Assembly: GCA_022824545.1 (NCBI GenBank)
Contig: JAJDZR010000117.1
Span: forward strand, 1 to 51,661
Direction: 5' to 3'
From: Chloroflexota bacterium
GTDB taxonomy: Bacteria; Chloroflexota; UBA11872; UBA12225; JAJDUF01
DNA length: 51,661 bases
Positions 29,229-37,154 of this stretch are shown piece by piece (position 1 is the first letter of the stretch; each line of letters opens with the position of its first letter). Below the pieces are notes generated by a model that made no database searches, was not told the DNA's origin, and saw nothing but the letters and a program-made list of their open reading frames with translations. The position numbers and the translations under genes are program-made.

Positions 29229-29468
29229 CTACTCCTCGCTGGAGTTCTTGCCCTTCTGGGACAGGCCGGCGCCAAGCGCTACGCCAAGCGCTACGCCCAT
29301 CGCCGTGCCCATGGCAATACCCATTCCCACCCACAAGCCCATGTTGTCGGTCGCCGCGCCGAGCGCGGTGCCGAATGCGACTCCGAGTCCGGCCCCGAGC
29401 GACATCCCTATGCCGATGTAGCTGCCCGTATCGGGGGTGTGTCTGTTGCTGGGTCGTTGCTGGGTCAT
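29229..29468 (-). CDS. Small glycine-zipper membrane protein
   Basis: Two GxxxG-rich helices (GIGMSLGAGLGVAFG, GMGIAMGTAMGVALG). Confidence 0.75.
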   Translation of the reverse strand: MTQQRPSNRHTPDTGSYIGIGMSLGAGLGVAFGTALGAATDNMGLWVGMGIAMGTAMGVALGVALGAGLSQKGKNSSEE

Positions 29469-29511
29469 GTTTCCCTTCCTGGAGCAACACCCCGCGTTGT
29501 GCCGGCGGCGG

Positions 29512-30891
29512 TTAGGCGGTCACGCTATGGGCGATAGCCCCGGCCACAACTGTACACCGTACAGCGCTGGCGCGGACGCCGGTGCAAAGCTGCTTCGCAA
29601 TGTCGGTATCGCCGGGGTGTGGCAGGGCTACCACCGCGAGATCGGCATATTTGCCGACCGTGATGCTGCCCAGCTCCTGCTCAAGACCGAGCGCCTGCGC
29701 GCCCTCGATAGTCAGCCAGCGCAGGACGCGGTCCGCCGCGCGTGGATCGAAGGATGCACCGGCTTGCCGCTGCCACAAGGCGTAGGCCGCGGCGGCCTCG
29801 GCAAACAGGTCCAGGCTTTCGTTGCTCGCCAGGCTGTCCGTCCCCAATCCGAGCCGCACGTCCTGCTCGACGAGCCTCTGAATCGGCGCCTCCCCGCAGC
29901 CCAGCATTGCATTGCTCCGGGGACACAACGCGACGGTCACGCCTCGCGCCGCCAAGCGTGCGATCTCCTCGTCGTCAAAGTGGACCCCATGAGCGACGAC
30001 CGCCGGCCGCCGAAGCGACAAGCCCTCGAACAGGCCACAGCGGTCGGCCAGCAGCGCCGGACCGGTGCCGCAGCCTCCCGCCTCGATGAGGTCGTGTCCG
30101 CCTTTCGTTGCCAAGCCCTCGGCCAGCGATCCCTGCCCGGAGCGCGAAAACTCTACCTCTTCGACGGTTTCGGCCAAGTGGATCGTGAGCGGGAGTTTGC
30201 GGGCCTGAGCCAGATCGCCCAGTCGTTCGAGCGCCACTGTGGACAGCGTGTAGATGGTGTGCGGACCGAGTCCCACGCGCAGTCGCTGCGCCCCGGCCGC
30301 CAGCCGCACGCTCCGGTCCAGTTTCGTCGTTAGTTCGGCCAGTTGCTCGTCCAAGCGCACGCGCTCGCGCATCCCCACCGCCTCGATATAACTGATCCCG
30401 GCGAGGTTGTGCGTCCGGGCGGCCGCCAGCCCCGGCCCGAACGTCACGATGTCACCGACGCAGGTTGTCCCGGCCGCGACCAACTGCCGTACGCCGGCGT
30501 TGGCCGACGCCGGCCAAAAGTCCGCTGGCGCCTGGTGACTGCGCCGAATGAGAGCCGGTATCCACTCCCAGAAGGGCTGCCGTTCCGATAGGGGGCCGAA
30601 GTTCGTGTATTCCAGGTGTGTATGAAGGTTGACGAGACCGGGCAGCATGGCGGCGCCGTCGTAGTGCCGGTGTACGGTGTTGGAGGGCGTCTCGATGGAC
30701 CGCCGCGGTCCTACCGCCCGGATCCGCTCCCCGACAATCAGGACGGCGCCATCTCGGATCGGTGGCTCCGTGATGGGCAGCACCCAATCGGCCGTCAGCA
30801 AGAGCGGCGGCCGGTCGCCACCATGACTCCCCTTCCCTGAAGGGAAGGGGCCGGGGGTTAGGTCCGCCCCGCCACTAGCTTCTAGACTCAA
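29512..30891 (-). CDS. Amidohydrolase, probable aminodeoxyfutalosine deaminase
   Basis: PGLVNLHTHLE, GPHTIY, IHLAE, AHGV, CPRSN, GTDSLASN. Substrate inferred from the mqn context. Confidence 0.8.
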   Translation of the reverse strand: MSLEASGGADLTPGPFPSGKGSHGGDRPPLLLTADWVLPITEPPIRDGAVLIVGERIRAVGPRRSIETPSNTVHRHYDGAAMLPGLVNLHTHLEYTNFGPLSERQPFWEWIPALIRRSHQAPADFWPASANAGVRQLVAAGTTCVGDIVTFGPGLAAARTHNLAGISYIEAVGMRERVRLDEQLAELTTKLDRSVRLAAGAQRLRVGLGPHTIYTLSTVALERLGDLAQARKLPLTIHLAETVEEVEFSRSGQGSLAEGLATKGGHDLIEAGGCGTGPALLADRCGLFEGLSLRRPAVVAHGVHFDDEEIARLAARGVTVALCPRSNAMLGCGEAPIQRLVEQDVRLGLGTDSLASNESLDLFAEAAAAYALWQRQAGASFDPRAADRVLRWLTIEGAQALGLEQELGSITVGKYADLAVVALPHPGDTDIAKQLCTGVRASAVRCTVVAGAIAHSVTA

Positions 30892-31880
30892 AAGGTCTCC
30901 ACCAGGCCGTAGCTTGTGTCGCGCTGTGCCGGTGTCCAGCCGGCAGTACGGATAAGCCGCACAAGCTCATCGCGGGACAACCGCGGCAGCCACTGCCCGG
31001 CCGCGCCGGTGCTGGACGTGTGCGCGGTAGGCGTCGGCGGCTGAATGGTCCCGAGGTCGTCGGCCCCGAAGGACAGACTGAGCTGCGCTACCTCGGCCCC
31101 GACGTGCCCCCACGCGGCGCTGACGTGAGTCGTCGTGTCGAGGCAGAGGCGCAGCACGGCGAGCGTCCGGAGATAGTCGAACGGTGACACCGCACGGTCC
31201 CCGGCCCCCGACGCTGCGATAACGACACACGACCGGTGCGCCGCAGCCGCACCGCGCCGAGGCCGGCGACCGTCTTGCCAATCACGTACTTGCACCAACT
31301 GCGCGGCCCGTTCGGCAACCGTCTCGTGGGCACGCACGACGATAGTCGGGGCTGCATCCAGCCCGAGGTCATACGCCGCGTCCACCACGTCGAGCCAAAC
31401 GGTGCCATCTTGCTGGCTACCGCTATCCTGCACGAGAAAACTCAGACCGGCGTCACGCAGCGCCGCCAGGGCCGCTGCCGTATTCACGTCTCCGGCTGCC
31501 CACCCCGCAGCGTCCACGGCCAAGCCGTAGTGCAGCTGCGGGGTGTGCGCCTTGGCTGCCGCCACAGCGCGAGTCACGGCAGCGAGCGGCGCGGCGCGGA
31601 ACGTGACCTCGCTGCACCCGGCGGCAACCACCGCCGCGAGTTTTTCAGCCAGGTCGGCCTCGCTTCCGAGGTCAGGCACGGCCAGGATATGTCCCAGGGC
31701 GAACGTGACCTGTTCCGTGGGTAGCCGCGCCCGCCGCATCGCCGCGGCGGCTCGCCCCACCGCCAGCAGCGTCTCTCCGTCCGCCAGCAGTGCCGCCGTG
31801 GCCGCGGCGCTCAACCGCTCGCCGGCCACGGTGCGGTCCAGCAGTTCCTGGATGCTTGCCTGTTCTCCGGCGCTCATCAT
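30888..31880 (-). CDS. MqnC/CofH-like protein lacking the radical-SAM CxxxCxxC motif
   Basis: Retains GERLS, QVTF, WLDV, HET..ER, DYLRTLAV.RL, AQLSLSFGADDLG and QRDTSY, but has no Cys triad and no GGGAE motif. Confidence 0.8.
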   Translation of the reverse strand: MMSAGEQASIQELLDRTVAGERLSAAATAALLADGETLLAVGRAAAAMRRARLPTEQVTFALGHILAVPDLGSEADLAEKLAAVVAAGCSEVTFRAAPLAAVTRAVAAAKAHTPQLHYGLAVDAAGWAAGDVNTAAALAALRDAGLSFLVQDSGSQQDGTVWLDVVDAAYDLGLDAAPTIVVRAHETVAERAAQLVQVRDWQDGRRPRRGAAAAHRSCVVIAASGAGDRAVSPFDYLRTLAVLRLCLDTTTHVSAAWGHVGAEVAQLSLSFGADDLGTIQPPTPTAHTSSTGAAGQWLPRLSRDELVRLIRTAGWTPAQRDTSYGLVETF

Positions 31881-32740
31881 CCTGCCTCGTACCGATCAGT
31901 AGGCTGCTCGGCCACCGCCGCGAACTCCAGCGCCGGCACCGCATCGAGCGCCCCCAGCGCCTGCGCGTGCCGCGCATAGGCGTGCAATCCGTCACGATAG
32001 GCGCGGTCGAACGTAAACCGCAAGGTGCGGAAGTACGCCGCCAGCGCCGCCGCCGGGAAAGGCTCCCACTGCGCCGCGTCGGCGGCAATCGCCTCGACGT
32101 TGGTGAGGCTATAGGCCAACGACTGCTGGAAGGCACGGTAGACGACGTTGACGAGTGCCGGCGCTGCGGCGGCGAACGGCCGGCGCACCGCCCAAACTGC
32201 GTAGACCATCGGATGTCCGGTCAGCGCTTTCCACTCCGTCCCCAGATCGTAGATATGCAGGCCGGCCGGCGGTTGCATGTGTACCCGCAGCGCCGGGTCT
32301 CCGATCAGTAGGGCGGCGTCCGCTTCGTCCAACATCCGGCCCAGATCGGGAGGACAGTCAAAGTAGGCCGGATGGGCCGCGTAGCGGTTGGCGAGCAGGA
32401 TTTGGGTGAGCACGTGCGACGTAGCGGAGGTGTTGGTCAACGCCACGGTCCGCCCGTCGAGCGCGGCGGCCGGCACTTTGCTGACCAGGACGATGCTCTT
32501 CACGGCGCCGTCCGAGCTGACCGTCAGGTCCGGCATGAGCAGCAGCTCGTCGGCGTGCCGCAGGTACTCGATGGAGGAGATCGGCGAAACGTCGAGCTGC
32601 CCGCCGATGAGCAGGCGATTCAGCTCGGTCGGCGTGCCTTTATGCAGCTCGATGTCGAGCAGCGCGTCGTGCCGCACCAGCCCGTGGTACAGCGGCAGGC
32701 AGTTGAGGTACTGGATATGCCCGACCCGCGGCCGGTTCAT
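31877..32740 (-). CDS. mqnA: Chorismate dehydratase (futalosine pathway)
   Basis: IQYLNCLP, PTELN, ISSIEY, SATS, LLIGD.AL, DLG.EW..LTG.PMVYAVW. Confidence 0.93.
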   Translation of the reverse strand: MNRPRVGHIQYLNCLPLYHGLVRHDALLDIELHKGTPTELNRLLIGGQLDVSPISSIEYLRHADELLLMPDLTVSSDGAVKSIVLVSKVPAAALDGRTVALTNTSATSHVLTQILLANRYAAHPAYFDCPPDLGRMLDEADAALLIGDPALRVHMQPPAGLHIYDLGTEWKALTGHPMVYAVWAVRRPFAAAAPALVNVVYRAFQQSLAYSLTNVEAIAADAAQWEPFPAAALAAYFRTLRFTFDRAYRDGLHAYARHAQALGALDAVPALEFAAVAEQPTDRYEAG

Positions 32741-32819
32741 AGCGCCCGCCTAGCCACGCCCAACGGCGCCTCGGCCTGGTGTCCGAACATGATGTGCGTG
32801 GGGAAGGAGCGTCGGAGCA

Positions 32820-34049
32820 TCAATTGTCGTAGATTTGCACGACGTTGTAGACCGTATCGCGCTGCACCGGGATGCGGCCCGCCTGGCGGATGCGCCGTAG
32901 CAGGTCGTCCTGGGAGACTTCGTGCGGTGTCTCGGCGCCGGCCATGTGGTAGATGCGCTCCTCCACGACGGTACCGTCGAGGTCGTCCACGCCGAAGTGG
33001 AGCGACAGCTGCGCCAACGGCAGCCCCAGCATGATCCAATAGGCCTTCATATGGTCGAAGTTGTCGAGCAGCAGCCGACTGACCGTAAACACCTTGAGGC
33101 TCTCATACGGTGTTGCCATCGGCAGGTGCGACATCAGATTGTGCTCGTTGTGGAACCGCAGCGGGATGAAGACCTGGAAGCCGCCCGTCTCGTCCTGCAA
33201 GTCCCGCAGCCGCAACACGTGGTCAATCCGCTCCTCGGGCGTTTCGATGTGCCCATAGAGCATCGTCGAGTTGGTACGCAGACCCATGCCGTGTGCAATG
33301 CGATGGATTTCCAGCCAATCCTCGGCGGTGGACTTATAGCCGCAGATGCGCCGGCGCACGCGCGGAGCGAATATCTCGGCGCCGCCGCCCGGCAACGAGC
33401 CGAGTCCCGCCTCGACGCACTGCCGCAGCACCTCCTCATAGGACAGGCCGGTGATCCGCGCAAACCACCAGATTTCGACGGCCGTAAACGCCTTCAGGTG
33501 TACGTCCGGCAGGGCCGCTTGCAGCCGGCGCAGCGCCTCCAGGTAGTAATCGAAGTCCAGCTCGGGGTGCAGCCCATTGACGATGTGTAGCTCGGTGATC
33601 CCCTTCGGCGCGGCCGAGACGGCCGTGCTCACGATCTCGTCGTGGGTCATCGTATAGCCGCCCTCCTTGCCAACGCTGCGTCGGAAGGAGCAGAAGTGGC
33701 AATATGCCTTGCAGATATTCGTCAGGTTGATGTGGCGGTTGATATTGAAGTAGACGTGATCGCCCGACTTCCGGCGCTGGACAAAGCGGGCCAGCTGCCC
33801 CAGCCACGGGAGGTCGTCACAGGCGTAGAGTGCCAGCCCGTCCTCGGCCGACAGCCGCTCGCCGGCATGTACCTTGCGTTCGATGTCTCCCAGCGTGGCT
33901 GCGCTAGGCTTAGGCAGCGACGTTTCCGGTGCTTGCAGCCCGACCAACCCGGTTGGATTGACTAACCCGGTCGCCCGCCGCGGCCCGGGGCCTCGGCGCC
34001 GCTTGGCCCGGCGCGGTGGAGCCGTGATGGTGGGTGCCGTTGTTGCCAT
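32820..34049 (-). CDS. mqnE: Aminofutalosine synthase (radical SAM)
   Basis: NRHINLTNICKAYCHFC, ELHIV.GLHP, KAFTAVE, PGGGAEIF, TMLYGHIE, HMKAYW, DDLDGTVVEERIYH.AG, with an AGGAGG RBS. Confidence 0.93.
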   Translation of the reverse strand: MATTAPTITAPPRRAKRRRGPGPRRATGLVNPTGLVGLQAPETSLPKPSAATLGDIERKVHAGERLSAEDGLALYACDDLPWLGQLARFVQRRKSGDHVYFNINRHINLTNICKAYCHFCSFRRSVGKEGGYTMTHDEIVSTAVSAAPKGITELHIVNGLHPELDFDYYLEALRRLQAALPDVHLKAFTAVEIWWFARITGLSYEEVLRQCVEAGLGSLPGGGAEIFAPRVRRRICGYKSTAEDWLEIHRIAHGMGLRTNSTMLYGHIETPEERIDHVLRLRDLQDETGGFQVFIPLRFHNEHNLMSHLPMATPYESLKVFTVSRLLLDNFDHMKAYWIMLGLPLAQLSLHFGVDDLDGTVVEERIYHMAGAETPHEVSQDDLLRRIRQAGRIPVQRDTVYNVVQIYDN

Positions 34050-34271
34050 CGAGCGTCATCCTCCTGCGGCACGTTGCGGCCCGGCGCGCCTGCCCTGCTG
34101 GCGTCGGGCGAGGGGCGGTACACGCATCCGCACTCCGAGTATAGTAGACCATCTCCCTGCTGCACAGTGCCGGCCGCGCTTGAAACGGCTGATGCCCTGA
34201 GAACTGCATCGGCTACACTTTGCCGGTGGGACATGGCGCCGGGGCGCGCTCGTGAGGTAGACTGGACAGCC

Positions 34272-35751
34272 ATGAAGCGTCAAGCGGTATTGGTCGTCTT
34301 CTTTTTGGCGCTTTTCCTCGCCGCCTGTGACCTCCCCTTGGGGATCGGCTCGACTGCCGAACCGACGGCAACCGCTCCTGCGCCACCGCCACCGCCACCC
34401 ACGCGGGCAGCGCCAGCGCCGACGGCCACGCAGCCACCGCCACCGGCAGCCCCGACCGTGCCCCCGACCGCGGTAGTCACCGTTGTCTCTTCGTTTCCTA
34501 CCTCAACGCCGGTCTCCTCCAGCGCGGTGGCCACGGCGGTAGCCAGGGCCAAGGCCGCGGCTACGGGTACGGCGCTGGCGAGGGCCGGAGCAGCGCCCAC
34601 GACTACGCCCGCGACACCCGTGACCACGGCGGATGTCATCTATGTCGGCAATACCGGCGGCATTGGCGTCTTTCTACGCAGGACGCCCCAGGCTGCGGAT
34701 CGGCTGAAGGCGTACCCGGACAACACGCGCCTCGCCGTCATCGGCCCCGACGTAGGTGCCGAGGGTCGTATCTGGCGGCACGTGCGTGCCCCCGACGGGG
34801 TAGAGGGCTATGTGCCGGCCCAGTACACGTCGGGGCAGCCGGTTCCCACGGTCACGCCGGCGCCAACCCCACAGACTGCCGCAGCGACGCCCACCCCTGC
34901 CCCGGCCACGCCGACGACGTACCGCGATGCCACGGTTACCAACGTTGTGAACGGTGAGTTGGTGGAGGTGTCGCTGCCGAGTGGGGCCACGCGCGTGCGG
35001 CTGATCGGTATTGACGCGCCGGAGGTCGTTGGCCCCGGTGAGCCATTCCAGTGTTATGGCGCCGAGGCCACCAGTCGTGCCGGCGAGCTACTTGCCGGTC
35101 AGCCGGTGCGCTTGGAAGTGGACGCGAGCCAAGGGGAGCGCGATGCCGCCGGGAATCTGCTCGCCTACGTGTGGCTGCTGGACGGTAGCATGTACAACGC
35201 CCGGATGATTGCGGAAGGCTTCGCCCTCGAACGGTCCGGCGCCGCGGCCTACCGCTGGCAGGGGCAGTTCCAGGCCGCCGAGTTGCAGGCGCGTAGCCAG
35301 CAGTTGGGCCTCTGGCATCCCGGTAGCTGCACCGGGGAGGTCCCGACACCGACGCCGGTCGCGCCGCCACCAACCCCGACGCCTCCCCCGGCCCCGACTC
35401 TGGCGGTCTCTCCGCTGACCTTGTCACCGGAACAGCGAGCAGCGCCGGTAGAGGCGATCAAGCAGCAACCGGAAGTCCGCGATGCGGTTGTCAACCAAGG
35501 TGAAGGGCGACGCTTGAGCTTGGTAGTGACCGTGACCCCCGGCACAAGCGAGACGCGCGGACGAGAGCTTGGTGTCAGCTTTATACGGCTGGTCAAGGAT
35601 ATCGGGCCGGATGACGCCCCCCCCGCCCAATGGTATTGGGGCCGGCCGCCATACGTACTTGATACGGGTGCTTGACAGTGATGGGAAGCTTGTTGCCTTG
35701 GGGGAGAAGAGGTGGGATCGGCCGGACATGACCTGGGTCCGCGTGGGCTGA
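34272..35751 (+). CDS. Lipoprotein with SH3-like and thermonuclease (SNase) domains, frameshifted at a C8 tract
   Basis: Lipobox LAAC, Pro/Thr linkers, SH3b-like GVFLR...WRHVRAPDGVEGYVP, SNase VRLIGIDAPE...LAYVW. The current frame stops at 35675, while the +1 frame continues to 35751. Confidence 0.75.
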
Positions 35752-35889
35752 CCCCAGCCTAACTCGTTCCTCGCCCGCCCCGGTTGCTCTACCGGCCGAC
35801 TGCTAGAATCGTTGCTGCCCAGCCGCCCGTCAGCCAGCCATACGGCGGCCTCAGGGCAAGTCCAATTCTATCCCGGCAATACCACTTGA

Positions 35890-35987
35890 GGAGGCGCGAC
35901 TGGTCCGGTGACTGGCGCGGTCTTCAAAACCGTAGAACCGGCGCGAGCGCGTCGGTTGGTGGGTTCGACTCCCATGCGCCTCCGCCA
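35890..35987 (+). tRNA. selC: tRNA-Sec (anticodon TCA)
   Basis: 8-bp acceptor stem GGAGGCGC/GCGCCTCC, G discriminator plus CCA, 6-bp D stem with 4-nt loop, CTTCAAA anticodon loop, long variable arm, 5-bp T stem. Confidence 0.93.
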
Positions 35988-36043
35988 TATACGCTCCGCC
36001 GCACGCCAACCGGCTTCCCAGCCCAGGACAGAGATGACGTAGC

Positions 36044-37105
36044 ATGAGTTGGCGTTCTGCCGCCCTGGGACTTGCCATCAGCGCCATCGCCATCTGGCTG
36101 ACGCTACGCAGCGTCAACCCCGATGAAGTGTGGCAGGCATTTCTGGCCGCGAACCTCTGGCTGTTCCTGCCGACGCTGCTGCTCCACCTGCTCAACATCT
36201 TCCTGCGCTCCTGGCGCTGGAAGCTGCTCTTCCTCCCCCAAGACCGGGTCCGCCTGCCCCAAGCCTACGCGGCGACGCACCTGAGCTATCTGTTCAGTTC
36301 GTTCTTGCCGGGACGCTTGGGTGAGTTGATCCGCGGCTTCTTGGTCGTAGAGAGCGAGGCGGTGAGTCCGGGGCGCGCGTTAGGGACGATTTTCGTCGAG
36401 AAGCTGTTGGATATTGCGATGCTCCTCTTGCTGCTCGCCGGCCTCCTCGGTCTCAGTAGCTGGCGCGATTGGTCGCACGCCACCGGTACGCCACTGCCGG
36501 GCTGGGCGGATGCCAACGCCGTTGCGATCCCGGCTTGGGCGCAGGCCGCCGGCGTCACGGCACTCATCATCTTCGGGGCCATCACCGTGGCTTTCATCGT
36601 CATGAGTTGGGCACGCCAGCGGGCCGTGGCCGTGATACGACGGTGGGTGGACCCCTTGCCCTTGCTAGGACGACTGCATCCGTCGCACCTCGTGCAGACG
36701 GCGCTTGGCTCCGCCGATGGCCTGTCTCGACCACCCCTCCTCGCGGCAGTGCTGCTGCTCTCGGTGGTGATGTGGGTGGGCGGCGGCCTCACATTGGCTG
36801 TTGCCGTGTATGCCTACCACCTACCGGTACCGCTCAGTGCGGCATTTCTCCTATTGGTGGTCACGAATCTGGGTATGACCATCCCCTCCGCGCCAGCGTA
36901 TATCGGGGTGTATCACGCCTTATCGGTAACGACTCTCCTCTTGTTCCCGTCCGTCAGCCGCGATCAGGCCTTGAGCTATGCTGTAGCTGTGCATGCGCTC
37001 GCGTTCGGGGGGGTGAGCCTGACCGGCCTGTTCTTCCTCTGGATCGGACACTACCGCCTCGGTGAGTTGATTCGGCGCAGCCGGGCACGTATGCGTATGT
37101 CGTAG
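36044..37105 (+). CDS. Lysylphosphatidylglycerol synthase TM / UPF0104 flippase-like protein
   Basis: LRSWRWKLL, LPGRLGELIR, EKLLD, PSAPAYIGVYH. Confidence 0.88.
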   Translation: MSWRSAALGLAISAIAIWLTLRSVNPDEVWQAFLAANLWLFLPTLLLHLLNIFLRSWRWKLLFLPQDRVRLPQAYAATHLSYLFSSFLPGRLGELIRGFLVVESEAVSPGRALGTIFVEKLLDIAMLLLLLAGLLGLSSWRDWSHATGTPLPGWADANAVAIPAWAQAAGVTALIIFGAITVAFIVMSWARQRAVAVIRRWVDPLPLLGRLHPSHLVQTALGSADGLSRPPLLAAVLLLSVVMWVGGGLTLAVAVYAYHLPVPLSAAFLLLVVTNLGMTIPSAPAYIGVYHALSVTTLLLFPSVSRDQALSYAVAVHALAFGGVSLTGLFFLWIGHYRLGELIRRSRARMRMS

Positions 37106-37154
37106 CTGGGTGTGGCACGATCCGCGATACAGCACAAAGTCAGGAACACCGGCG

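Noticed and set aside
33940-33975. GAC(C/T)AACCCGGT duplication in the mqnE 5' region as an operator
   Set aside because: It is an in-frame 18-bp duplication (TGLVNP/TGLVGL) in a low-complexity N-terminal extension, with no other support.
30888-34049. CofG/CofH (F420 FO synthase) assignment because npdG is in the window
   Set aside because: MqnE-specific motifs (GLHP, KAYW, EERIYH.AG) and adjacency to mqnA favour the futalosine pathway.
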